Virus record (IMG/VR): IMGVR_UViG_3300045135_002262
Coordinates: 1-64,000 of that record
Length of the DNA: 64,000 nucleotides
Source: a virus
Reading direction: 5' to 3' (one strand)
The notes beneath the pieces were generated by a model. It was not told the origin of the DNA. It searched no databases and was given only the letters and a program-made list of their open reading frames with translations. Of this stretch, positions 10,056 through 19,264 are shown in pieces (positions within the stretch are counted from its first letter, which is position 1; every line of letters starts with the position of its first letter). Made by a program: the position numbers and the translations under genes.

Positions 10056-10538
10056 TTATGATAAAGTATCAAAATCTGTAACTTTTATAAAAACTTGACC
10101 TCCTTCAGCAAGCACTGCCGCAATTGCTGGATAGATTCTTTTATAAGCATTAACAGAAGATCCCACAAAACCATTTCTATTTGTAATGTTTTGTGTTTGT
10201 GTATCACCAACTAAAATACAACCAGCAGTATGCTCATCAGTATTTCCAGTATGAATAAGAATGTACTGGAAGTTTGGTACATTTCTTAACCATAACATAC
10301 CTTTATGCATATCTGCATATTTAGTTGAATATCTGTCATGGAAGCGACCCCATGTTCTTAATGTAATTTCATAACGACCTGCCGGGATGCGAGTCTCTGC
10401 CATTACTTTTTCATCAATTGGCCTATATTCATCTTCTAGTGTGTAGCAAATAAATCTTCTACGGCCATTAGTTACATCAAATAAGATGCCATTTGTTGAA
10501 TCATCTTGAGAACTAATTCTTAATAATTCTAATTCCAT
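10056..10538 (-). CDS. DUF5675-type (L,D-transpeptidase-like) protein; candidate cell-wall enzyme
   Basis: CYTLED..TRIPAGRY..ILIHTGN..HTAGCILVG His/Cys motif; start moved to MELELLR. Confidence 0.8.
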   Translation of the reverse strand: MELELLRISSQDDSTNGILFDVTNGRRRFICYTLEDEYRPIDEKVMAETRIPAGRYEITLRTWGRFHDRYSTKYADMHKGMLWLRNVPNFQYILIHTGNTDEHTAGCILVGDTQTQNITNRNGFVGSSVNAYKRIYPAIAAVLAEGGQVFIKVTDFDTLS

Positions 10539-10539
10539 T

Positions 10540-10953
10540 TTATTCTTTGATTGTCCTTTCAATCTGGTCAATACAGTATGCAATATTCTCGTAAACAACA
10601 TTTTCATTTAAAGTTTCATTTCTAAATCTAAAGACTTCTTTATTTGTTGCTTTATCACTAACTGTACATTTGACGATATATTTTGGTTTCTTGCGTAGTA
10701 GTGGTTGCAAGTGCATAACAGACCATATTTGTTTTTTGGCTGGGCCAGCTGGCGCAGCATCTGTTTTAATATAAGCTGTTATAAAATATTTATCGTGTTT
10801 TTCCTCGTAGAATGATTGCATCTCAAAAATATCGTTAATTAAAACGTATAATCGATATGCCGTATGATAAGAAGAGTCCAAGACTGTTCTAAGTGTCTTG
10901 GACTCTAATTTTTTTGTAAAGTATGGTTTACTAAGCTTAATAGCTTTTTGCAT
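10540..10953 (-). CDS. Hypothetical protein
   Basis: 137-aa ORF in a late operon. Confidence 0.6.
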   Translation of the reverse strand: MQKAIKLSKPYFTKKLESKTLRTVLDSSYHTAYRLYVLINDIFEMQSFYEEKHDKYFITAYIKTDAAPAGPAKKQIWSVMHLQPLLRKKPKYIVKCTVSDKATNKEVFRFRNETLNENVVYENIAYCIDQIERTIKE

Positions 10954-10964
10954 GTTGTATACTT

Positions 10965-11489
10965 TTAATCGTCAATTAAATCGTCGTTGTTTCTGTTAGT
11001 TCTATAATCCCATAGAGGTCCTTTCTTAAATCTCTTTGGATTATTAGGATTTCTTTCAACTCTCTTTACCTTTCTCTTTTCAATCTTTCTTTCGATTAAA
11101 CCTGGATTACTAAAGTCTGCTAAATCAATACTTAAATTACCTTCAACTTCTTTTACCATTGGTTCTTCGACGCTTGGCTCGTCTAGGTCTGCAACCATAT
11201 CATTCATTACTTGATCTAATGCATGGTCTTCATCCCATTCTTCGTCTTCTAAACCATCTTCTAAAGTAACATCCCAGTCTTGTTTTAAATCATCAACAAT
11301 AGTTTTTGCTTCTTCTTTAAAATCTTCTGTAATAGTATTAACCATTTCTTTAATGCCCGATTGGTCAATAATATCTTGTAATTCTTCAGGAGTTACTGTT
11401 TGTCCTGCTAAGTCGTCTGCAATAGCATTCCACTTCTCAGCAGCCTCTTCATCCACTTTTTCGTGCATTACAGGCTTCTGAACAGGCAA
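10965..11489 (-). CDS. Acidic domain; probably the -1 frameshift extension of 11534-12049
   Basis: Track start is TTG; the frame is open upstream through the A9 run at the end of the preceding gene. Confidence 0.65.
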   Translation of the reverse strand: MPVQKPVMHEKVDEEAAEKWNAIADDLAGQTVTPEELQDIIDQSGIKEMVNTITEDFKEEAKTIVDDLKQDWDVTLEDGLEDEEWDEDHALDQVMNDMVADLDEPSVEEPMVKEVEGNLSIDLADFSNPGLIERKIEKRKVKRVERNPNNPKRFKKGPLWDYRTNRNNDDLIDD

Positions 11490-11533
11490 ATCTAGTGTAT
11501 CTTCAGGAGTATAAGCTAAGTTTTGGTTATTTT

Positions 11534-12049
11534 TTAGCTTTTTTTTTCAACCTCATTTATTTCTTCAGCAACTACGTCTAACTCTTCAGGCTTTAATTCC
11601 ATTTCCTCTTCCTTTTCTGGCTTAATATAGTCAACCAGTGATTTAATGAAACCTAAAGCAACTAATGGTAAGATAGCACCAGACACAGCAGCTAATAATC
11701 TTTTCTGTGCCAATGGCTCCCATTCAACTAAGTTGAATAATTCAACCCAACCTTGATAGTCATTTAAGTTAATGAATGCGTAATACATGTTACCTTGCAT
11801 TTGCATCGCTGTAATTGTAATGAATAGTGCCCATACAAGCGTTTTATTCATTTTATCTAATGTAATCAATGAAGCTAATGATGCTGCTGCACCAATTTCA
11901 AAACCTACAGCTAGCGAGATTGCTAACCATTTTGGGTTTGAAAGCTCAAAGAAATCAATAACGTGAATGGTAGAAATGATTGATACAAGTAAGTATAACA
12001 TTACAAACGTACCAATGATAAAACCATTAACCCATCTGTTCTTATTCAT
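11534..12049 (-). CDS. Four-TM membrane protein ending in an A9 slippery run (EKKS*)
   Basis: Four hydrophobic segments; GAA AAA AAA AGC TAA. Confidence 0.8.
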   Translation of the reverse strand: MNKNRWVNGFIIGTFVMLYLLVSIISTIHVIDFFELSNPKWLAISLAVGFEIGAAASLASLITLDKMNKTLVWALFITITAMQMQGNMYYAFINLNDYQGWVELFNLVEWEPLAQKRLLAAVSGAILPLVALGFIKSLVDYIKPEKEEEMELKPEELDVVAEEINEVEKKS

Positions 12050-12058
12050 AATAGTTTA

Positions 12059-12346
12059 TTAGTCTTCTTTTTCTTCTAAAGCGTTAATAGAAATACGCTC
12101 TTTATCTGAAATCTCTTCAATTCTTAATGTTTTCCAAGCCGGAACTGTTTTAATTAAGTGAATCATTTCTTCTTCATTAACGATTTGTGACGCTAATGTA
12201 TCGATTTCAGCCTCAGTTGCTCTTAAGTCTTTCTTAATTCTTTCAACTTCAGAGTCAATCCCACATGATTTAAAGTAAGTTAATACTAATAAAGCAATAA
12301 TTACTTTAGAACCATGTTTTGATAAAAATGTGTCAAATTTATTCAT
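12059..12346 (-). CDS. Putative lipoprotein with coiled coil
   Basis: VIIALLVLTYFKS-C lipobox-like; late motif at 12393-12400. Confidence 0.6.
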   Translation of the reverse strand: MNKFDTFLSKHGSKVIIALLVLTYFKSCGIDSEVERIKKDLRATEAEIDTLASQIVNEEEMIHLIKTVPAWKTLRIEEISDKERISINALEEKED

Positions 12347-12403
12347 AATCTTGTTTTTATTTTGTTTTAAAACTCGCCAAGTATATGTTATCTATATATC
12401 TAG

Positions 12404-13483
12404 TTATTTATTGTGAACTTCTTTAATCCATTCTGGCGTAATAGACTTCAATGTTTCTACAAATAAATTGATACAATTTTCAACATCATTTTTATGTGCC
12501 ATTTCCACAGTAGTGTGCATGTATTTTAATGGAGTCGCTGCAATTGCTGTTGGTGTGTTCTCTAAGAAGAATGCCATTGTATCATTTCCATATGAACCTA
12601 CGTGACGTTGGTATGGAATATCATTCACTTTAGCAACATCAATAAACTTCTGAATAATCTTACGGTGATTTTGAGCAGTGTATTCGAGTGCAGGTCCTTT
12701 ACCACCTTTAACATCACCGTCTTTAGCCTTATTCATCTTAGGGTGATTGGTATTATGGCAAACGTCATGAACCAATGCAATATCAGCGCCTAATCGCTTA
12801 GCAATCATTTTAGCACCATAAAGACCAACCTCTTCTTGTACTGAATTTACTACGTAAAGATCGTAAGGTAGATTTACACCCTCTTCAAAGATTCTACGAG
12901 CAGCTTCTGCAATAATATAACCACCAATCTTATTATCAAGAGAACGGCCCACATAGTAATCACCAATCTCTTTTAATGGATCATCAAACGTTACCAAATT
13001 ACCTGGGTAAATACCTAAAGCTTCAACTGCTTCATCTGATTCAGCACCTACATCAACCCAAAGTTCTTCTTGTTCGTAACCTTCTTCAACATATGATTTA
13101 CGAGTGTGGATTGCTGGCCATCCAAATACACCTGGCACTTTTTCACCCTTTTCATTATGTACAAATACAGTCATTGACGGTGCAATCATGTTATCTGAAC
13201 CGCCATGGCGCTTAACACGGATATAACCTTCTTTTTCAATATGTGTAATGATCCACGCAATCTCATCACAATGCGCTTCAATTACAACCTTAGGAATATC
13301 TGCTTCATTAAAACCTGAACGACCTGTACGTCTTACACCATACGCAGTGCCATAAGGATCTGTTTCCATAGTATCAACAAATGGGGTTACATAGTCTTTC
13401 CAGATCTGTTGTCCTTCGTTCTCTTGTGCAACTGGTGCAAATGCGTTTAAATAATCGTATAAGAATTTCTCTTGTTTTGACAT
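12404..13483 (-). CDS. M42-family metallo-aminopeptidase
   Basis: AHCDEI, SLDNKIG, QEEVGLYGA, YMHTTVE. Confidence 0.9.
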   Translation of the reverse strand: MSKQEKFLYDYLNAFAPVAQENEGQQIWKDYVTPFVDTMETDPYGTAYGVRRTGRSGFNEADIPKVVIEAHCDEIAWIITHIEKEGYIRVKRHGGSDNMIAPSMTVFVHNEKGEKVPGVFGWPAIHTRKSYVEEGYEQEELWVDVGAESDEAVEALGIYPGNLVTFDDPLKEIGDYYVGRSLDNKIGGYIIAEAARRIFEEGVNLPYDLYVVNSVQEEVGLYGAKMIAKRLGADIALVHDVCHNTNHPKMNKAKDGDVKGGKGPALEYTAQNHRKIIQKFIDVAKVNDIPYQRHVGSYGNDTMAFFLENTPTAIAATPLKYMHTTVEMAHKNDVENCINLFVETLKSITPEWIKEVHNK

Positions 13484-13512
13484 ATTAAATAATTTTATAA
13501 TTATATGCGTTA

Positions 13513-15240
13513 TTATTGAATTGTTTTTATTCTTTTTGTAAATGATGGCGGGAAGAAGTCCTTTTTATATAAAAGATTACCGAACGCAGCATCAATAATA
13601 TATGTTATTGCCCAGTCATCTTTAGATCTAACAGAACGTCCAACACCCTGCATAATCTGAACACCAGTCTTCCAGTCATACCAGCCATTTGAATTTTCTA
13701 ATTTAGCTTTAGTTAACGGATCTGCTAAACTTGGATATGGCACTTTAAAGAAGACTTGGAATCGACTAACATCATCTTTAAGATCTAAACCTTCTAAGAT
13801 CGATGGTCCGATTAACACAGCATCATCTATTTCCTTAAAATATTTTAATGATTCTTTTTTAGTTTTAGTATCTGAATAGTCTACCATTCTTAAATGGAAT
13901 TCACTATTTTCTTTTATATAATTTGAGAATGCATAAGAACCCGTATGAATAATACCTCTTTGACCTGCATGTTTTAGCAAGATCTTCTCAAGTATTTTAG
14001 TAACTTTTGGTAGGTTTTCTTCTCTAGTTTTATATGTAAGTTTATGTCGATTAATAAAAACCACCGGTGATTTAGTAAAATCAAATTCATTATCAATTCT
14101 AATAAATCTGGCATTCTCAATACCCATTACTTCAATAAAAGCACGAGGATCTCCAATTGTAGCACTCATAAAAACCTTAAATCCGGTTTTGTTATGTAAA
14201 TGGTTTTTAATCATTTGCGCCTCATTAATGCACATAAACTTAGCCTCAAGTTCTTGTTGATCAATCACCATACTATTTACACCAGCGGTTTCAATAATAT
14301 CTACATAGTCATCAAACTTACAATAGACATCTTTCATGTAATCTAATGTGGTTGCCGCTGAAGTCCATTGAGATGGTATTGCACCTTTATGTCTGTTTCT
14401 AACCGCTTTCTTAAATGCATTTTGTGATTTACGGTAAATAGCTGCAATTCTTCTAAACTCTTGAATACTTTCAAATAAAGCATTCTTATTAGTCTCCGTC
14501 ATTAAGCTATCAATAATACTAGCCACATGATTTCGTGAAGCCATTTCAGTCTGAATGTTCTCACGCTCAAAGAATCTATTAATGTATGTAAGCTTGTCTA
14601 AGAAATATTCACCAACTCTAGGGCTAAAATGACTTTGCACAATATCATCGATCTTATGTGCTTCATCAAAGAATGTAAAGTCTCTAGCCGGAAACGGCAC
14701 TTCAGCATTACGTTCAGTCATTCGATCTTCTACATAATTTCTTTGAATCAACCAGTATGCATAATTAAACACTGAAACAGGTGCATTAATAGCTCGTTTT
14801 CTTAATTGTAAATAATCACAACTCCCAAAACATTTAAGTTTTTCAGCCTGATCATAACCGATACCTCGTAGTTTACAGTCAGCTAGGCTAAATTTAAGAC
14901 CATTGATATTACATGTGTAATTATCAACACCTTTAATACTCGGCCATGGAATACTAAGTCTTTTTAGATCAGACTCATATTGATCTTGAAGCATTAGATC
15001 ACTTGTAACCATGTAACCAGTCTTACCAAGTTCTGTTAGAACATACGAAGACCACATGGCTATTAATGATTTACCAGATCCTGTAGGAGCATCTACAACT
15101 ATTGTTGCATTTGGATCTTGAAGATACGTTTCACAAATATTCTCAACAACCTCTCTTTGATGCTTTCTAAATTGAAAGTCCTGACCGAAAACATTATTAG
15201 CTAATGCCTTATCGATAATATTAGAAATTTGTGTCTTGAT
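13513..15240 (-). CDS. DinG/Rad3-like SF2 helicase; probable non-AUG (ATC) start at 15240
   Basis: FRKHQ and Walker A APTGSGKS lie upstream of the first ATG (15057); DEAH, MSAT, EGLD, QGVGRSVR motifs. Confidence 0.85.
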   Translation of the reverse strand: MKTQISNIIDKALANNVFGQDFQFRKHQREVVENICETYLQDPNATIVVDAPTGSGKSLIAMWSSYVLTELGKTGYMVTSDLMLQDQYESDLKRLSIPWPSIKGVDNYTCNINGLKFSLADCKLRGIGYDQAEKLKCFGSCDYLQLRKRAINAPVSVFNYAYWLIQRNYVEDRMTERNAEVPFPARDFTFFDEAHKIDDIVQSHFSPRVGEYFLDKLTYINRFFERENIQTEMASRNHVASIIDSLMTETNKNALFESIQEFRRIAAIYRKSQNAFKKAVRNRHKGAIPSQWTSAATTLDYMKDVYCKFDDYVDIIETAGVNSMVIDQQELEAKFMCINEAQMIKNHLHNKTGFKVFMSATIGDPRAFIEVMGIENARFIRIDNEFDFTKSPVVFINRHKLTYKTREENLPKVTKILEKILLKHAGQRGIIHTGSYAFSNYIKENSEFHLRMVDYSDTKTKKESLKYFKEIDDAVLIGPSILEGLDLKDDVSRFQVFFKVPYPSLADPLTKAKLENSNGWYDWKTGVQIMQGVGRSVRSKDDWAITYIIDAAFGNLLYKKDFFPPSFTKRIKTIQ

Positions 15241-15892
15241 CTTCTTTATATTTTTGGTGATATTCTACGATTTTCTCAACTGCCTCTTCTGCAGTATCTA
15301 CAACTCTAAATAGATCAAAGTCTTTTTGGCTGATTGCGCCATTGGTCCATAATGTATTTTGCATCCAGTCAATAAGTCCTTGCCAGTATTTTTTACCAAA
15401 AAGAACAATTGGATATTTAATGTTATGTCCACACTGTGCAAGAGTAAGTGCCTCAAATAACTCATCTAAGGTGCCTAGCCCGCCTGGAAAGATTACGAAT
15501 CCTTGAGAATATTTGAGGAACATTACCTTGCGTGTAAAGAAATATCTGTTTTCAACTCCAACATTAATATATGGGTTCATACTGGCTTCAAATGGAAGTT
15601 CAATGCCCACACCAACTGATGTGCCACCTTCTTCTTCATATGCACCTTTATTTGCAGCTTCCATAATACCTGGACCGCCACCAGTCATAACTCCAAATCC
15701 AGCCTGCGCTAATAACTGTCCAACCTTTTCAGCTTCAAAATAATATGGATTATCTTTTTTAGTTCTCGCTGATCCAAATACCGAAACACACGGTTGCAAA
15801 TCATTGAATGTATCAAAGCCCTTTGCAAACTCTCCTTGTATTCTAATAATTTGCCAAGAATCCTCAACTTTACGTAATTGTTTCTTATCCAT
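15221..15892 (-). CDS. LOG-family (TIGR00730) nucleotide phosphoribohydrolase
   Basis: VSVFGSAR, TGGGPGIMEAANKGA, RYFFTRK, PGGLGTLDE. Confidence 0.93.
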   Translation of the reverse strand: MDKKQLRKVEDSWQIIRIQGEFAKGFDTFNDLQPCVSVFGSARTKKDNPYYFEAEKVGQLLAQAGFGVMTGGGPGIMEAANKGAYEEEGGTSVGVGIELPFEASMNPYINVGVENRYFFTRKVMFLKYSQGFVIFPGGLGTLDELFEALTLAQCGHNIKYPIVLFGKKYWQGLIDWMQNTLWTNGAISQKDFDLFRVVDTAEEAVEKIVEYHQKYKEDQDTNF

Positions 15893-16134
15893 TATAATGT
15901 ATTTTGTACGTTATTTACTTCTAAAACTATTAAGAGTTTATCATAAACCACATCTGCTTTTTCTTCATAGAATAAACCAGTCGATCGATCTGATACATGT
16001 AATTTTAGATCATATTTTGAATCTAAATACTGCCCAAATCTAAGATCATCTTTATTGCGATCACCTAAGTTTTCAAGCGTCCATTGTAGATATTCTAAGT
16101 TTAGTCTTTCTGGTGTGAGCTGCAAATTACGCAT
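15892..16134 (-). CDS. Hypothetical phage protein
   Basis: DLRFGQ motif; coupled ORF. Confidence 0.6.
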   Translation of the reverse strand: MRNLQLTPERLNLEYLQWTLENLGDRNKDDLRFGQYLDSKYDLKLHVSDRSTGLFYEEKADVVYDKLLIVLEVNNVQNTL

Positions 16135-16879
16135 TATACATTTCTTTAAATTGATTTAATCTTCTTACAAACTCTGAGAAATAGAATTTAATATCTTTAG
16201 CACTTAATGTAAACTTTTGTGGAATTGCATCCACTTCATTTGCAATCCAGATCTCGACACCGTGTGGCTTGATACCAGTTCTTTCCCAATAAGCGATAAA
16301 GTAAGCGGAGCCTTGTACAAAATAGTCTTGGATCCATTCTTCTCTCTTCGGCTTTCTACTATTCTTATAATCAATCACCTTGATTTTGTTTCCAGCCATT
16401 TTAGAAATATTATCTACAGTGCCGGCATAACCAACCTTAGACCACAAGAATGTTTCTGCTTCTAAGACTTCTTCAACCTCATCAAAGAATTGGCTAGAAT
16501 TCATATAGAATTTCATGAACATCTTCCAACCCTCTTCTAACCAAGTTGGGCCATTCTCATCTCCAGAATATTGATTGACTTCTTCGTCTGTCTTTGCAAG
16601 TTCTTTTAACGCTTCAAGCTTTTCAGTCTTATCACCTGGCAGTGGCTTATACAACTCAATTAGTCTGTGCATAATTGTACCGCGGTTCATTGAAAGTTCA
16701 GAGATACGTTTAGCTTCAGCTTCACCGACTCTCTTTTTCCATTTCTCTAAACCAGACTTATCGCTAGTTTGCCCTAAAACTGTAGTAATAGAAGGGAATG
16801 TGCCTAAGACTTTCCCGTTTTCAGTAACTTGATAGTGTCTTAAGCCATGTTTTTGAACACGCTTAATTTGATATGACAT
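16127..16879 (-). CDS. PD-(D/E)XK exonuclease (Cas4/RecB-like phage type)
   Basis: PSITTVL, WKKRVG, RGTIMH, AGTVD, IDYKNS, Q..AY. Confidence 0.88.
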   Translation of the reverse strand: MSYQIKRVQKHGLRHYQVTENGKVLGTFPSITTVLGQTSDKSGLEKWKKRVGEAEAKRISELSMNRGTIMHRLIELYKPLPGDKTEKLEALKELAKTDEEVNQYSGDENGPTWLEEGWKMFMKFYMNSSQFFDEVEEVLEAETFLWSKVGYAGTVDNISKMAGNKIKVIDYKNSRKPKREEWIQDYFVQGSAYFIAYWERTGIKPHGVEIWIANEVDAIPQKFTLSAKDIKFYFSEFVRRLNQFKEMYNA

Positions 16880-17298
16880 TAAATAAATGTAGTTATAGCC
16901 CAAACAATTCCGGCTACAGAACCTGCAAAAGCTAAATTAGCAAAAAAGTTAGGTAATCTAAAGTAATCATTATCCGGGTATAACGTCAATAAGTAAGATC
17001 GATCGCTTACCTTTTCAAGTGTTGGATAAGATTCATTAGAAATACCGTGTTTCATTAGAATCTTACTAATAGGTTCTAATGATTGAAACACCATTGATTG
17101 TTGTACTAAATCAGGTTGTTGCATTGCCTCTTCTTTAAGATTCAATACAGTATAAATACGACCAATCCAATCCACTCTTAAACCTTCTTCAAGAAGTTCA
17201 GCTTCAATAGATTTAGTAACCCTGTAATACTTATAGGTATAATAGCCTTCTTTTACAAAGCGTGGCCAATACAATAAAGCATTTTTAAGTAGTCCCAT
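16879..17298 (-). CDS. Hypothetical protein with C-terminal TM helix
   Basis: LRVDWIGRIYTVLN; coupled ORF. Confidence 0.65.
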   Translation of the reverse strand: MGLLKNALLYWPRFVKEGYYTYKYYRVTKSIEAELLEEGLRVDWIGRIYTVLNLKEEAMQQPDLVQQSMVFQSLEPISKILMKHGISNESYPTLEKVSDRSYLLTLYPDNDYFRLPNFFANLAFAGSVAGIVWAITTFI

Positions 17299-18158
17299 TA
17301 TCCTTTATTTAATTTAATAACTGCTCGACCTTCTTGGCCTTCCCAATCTCTGTCATCTCTAACTCGAAGATTTGTTTGCCAAGTAGCATCTAATACAGGT
17401 GTGTTAATAGTTTCCTGACTAGCTATATATCTTAATGCCGTAAGATCCTTCGGGAAACAGTGTCCACCAAAGCCTCTAAATCCATCAGGTCCTGGCACCA
17501 TCCAGTGTGAATTACCAAGCCTTGTATCTAACTTAGCTAACTCAACTGCAGTATCATAATCAATACGTAATTGCTCGCAGATATCATAGATCTCATTTGC
17601 ATAACTTACCTTTACTGATAAGAATGTATTTGTAATGTACTTACACATTTCAGCTTCAGCAGTTCTAACTTTATATACAGGCACATTAGGGAATGCAGTC
17701 TTAAACATATCTACAACGTTAGTTACATCCACATCAAAACTATGTCCGATTACAATTCTATTTTGATTCTTAAAATCATTAATTGCATTTGCCTCCGTCA
17801 AGAATTCTGGATTAAAGATAACGTTACAGTATTTAGTAGAGTTATCTAAATTTTGTGTAGTTCCAGGTGGCACTGTAGACTTAATAATCAATGTTGGTAC
17901 ATTACCAGCATCATCTACAAGTTCATCAATTTGTTGTACTACTGATTCTACAATACCAGTATGTGCAACACCAGTATCCACATCCATAGGAGTTGGCACA
18001 CAAACAAAAATAATCTCTGAATGTTTTACCAAAGTTTCTAAATTCATTGTAGATAACTCAGGCTTGTACTTATCATAAGTATGAATTGTATGATATTCTT
18101 TAAGACCTTCTCTTACTGCAGAGCCAACGAAACCTTGACCAACAATGCCTATTTCCAT
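17298..18158 (-). CDS. UDP-glucose/GDP-mannose dehydrogenase family protein (short form)
   Basis: GQGFVG, CVPTP, KSTVPPG, FNPEFL, GFGGHCFPKD. Confidence 0.92.
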   Translation of the reverse strand: MEIGIVGQGFVGSAVREGLKEYHTIHTYDKYKPELSTMNLETLVKHSEIIFVCVPTPMDVDTGVAHTGIVESVVQQIDELVDDAGNVPTLIIKSTVPPGTTQNLDNSTKYCNVIFNPEFLTEANAINDFKNQNRIVIGHSFDVDVTNVVDMFKTAFPNVPVYKVRTAEAEMCKYITNTFLSVKVSYANEIYDICEQLRIDYDTAVELAKLDTRLGNSHWMVPGPDGFRGFGGHCFPKDLTALRYIASQETINTPVLDATWQTNLRVRDDRDWEGQEGRAVIKLNKG

Positions 18159-18212
18159 GTATATGTGATTTAAATTTATAGAGATTATATCAAGCAATTA
18201 AGCTTTGTTTCA

Positions 18213-18506
18213 TTACATACAGTGTCTAAATATGTAAATACCATAACCTACTAAAAGGTTAAAGTTAATAGCTACAAGATTCCATTGTTTAGCAATCCAG
18301 ACTTGAGGAACTGATAGAACTGCACCTATTAAATACGTGTATGCTCCTAAGTCATCATACTGTAATAGGTACGGTGAAATCATAATAAAGCCAGTGCCCA
18401 TATATCCAGCACGGTTTGCCATTCTTTCAACTGGTGAAAGTTTCTTATCCATTACAAATCTAGATAAGAATTTGTTTAGTTTTTTATATCTTTTTGTCAT
18501 AATCAT
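18213..18506 (-). CDS. Small membrane protein
   Basis: Three hydrophobic segments. Confidence 0.6.
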   Translation of the reverse strand: MIMTKRYKKLNKFLSRFVMDKKLSPVERMANRAGYMGTGFIMISPYLLQYDDLGAYTYLIGAVLSVPQVWIAKQWNLVAINFNLLVGYGIYIFRHCM

Positions 18507-18514
18507 AAAATAAA

Positions 18515-18766
18515 GAAACGGGTCTACCGACAGACGGGGGCCCAAAATATCGGCTAGATACAGACCCGTTTCATAAAAGATGAGCCCGAACTAGAGCTCC
18601 TAATGTTGCTCATCGTCGGGCTCCGCTTGCCTGGCAGTCATGCCGTTACAGCCTTCCAAGCTGAAAATCTTTTGGGACTTAGAACATGAGTCTTACGTTG
18701 CCGTTTGCGCGCTTGGCTGATTGCTCTGATCATAGTCCCTAGGTCGATATGCGCACATATCCCCTT
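18515..18766 (-). ncRNA. Unassigned structured RNA (five consecutive hairpins) downstream of tRNA-Gly
   Basis: Stems GAAACGGGTCT/AGACCCGTTTC, GAGCCCGA/TCGGGCTC, GCTTG/CAAGC, GGGACT/AGTCCC, GATATG/CATATC; GC-rich in an AT-rich genome. Confidence 0.6.
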
Positions 18767-18768
18767 CG

Positions 18769-18842
18769 AGCGAATGACCGGGTTCGAACCGGCGAACCTC
18801 CTGCTTGGCAAGCAGGCGCTCTACCAACTGAGCTACATTCGC
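18769..18842 (-). tRNA. tRNA-Gly(GCC)
   Basis: GCGAATG acceptor, CT-GCC-type anticodon loop (TTGCCAA), GGTTCGAACC. Confidence 0.93.
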
Positions 18843-18848
18843 TTGTTG

Positions 18849-18922
18849 TGGAGAATATCGGAGTCGAACCGATGACCTCCTGCGTGCAAGGCAGGCGCTC
18901 TAGCCAGCTGAGCTAATTCCCC
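18849..18922 (-). tRNA. tRNA-Ala(TGC)
   Basis: GGGGAAT acceptor with G3:U70, TTGCAC loop, GTTCGACTCC. Confidence 0.95.
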
Positions 18923-18924
18923 AT

Positions 18925-19040
18925 CACCAATCTTATTTTGAGTCTCGATTGGTAAAGACTTTAACGGATTCAATTCCGTTGTCATTGACTCCACCTTGTT
19001 TTGCAGAGACAAGGAACTCTGAGCACCTGACTGCGCTCGA
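18925..19040 (-). ncRNA. Unassigned structured leader/RNA between a late promoter and tRNA-Ala
   Basis: Four hairpins: GAGCGC/GTGCTC, CCTTGT/ACAAGG, AACGGA/TCCGTT, ACCAATC/GATTGGT. Confidence 0.5.
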
Positions 19041-19052
19041 ATTATATATCTT

Positions 19053-19232
19053 TTAAGCTTTATTAGCCTCTGATACTGCAACTCTTACATCTTGTGCAAG
19101 TGCTTTTACAGCTTGCATTGCTTTACGTACTCTTGTACCTGCAGCTTTGTTGCCTTTAGTGTCAAATTTCTCAGCATCAGTTCTTGTTTCTGCTAAAACT
19201 TCTTCTAGTTGTGTAATTAAATCTTGAATCAT
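19053..19232 (-). CDS. Histone H1-like (Hc1-family) protein, 59 aa (not in ORF track)
   Basis: DAEKFDTKGNKAAGTRVRKAMQAVKALAQDVR signature. Confidence 0.88.
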   Translation of the reverse strand: MIQDLITQLEEVLAETRTDAEKFDTKGNKAAGTRVRKAMQAVKALAQDVRVAVSEANKA

Positions 19233-19264
19233 AATTTTTAATTTATTTATGTTATTTATACTTC

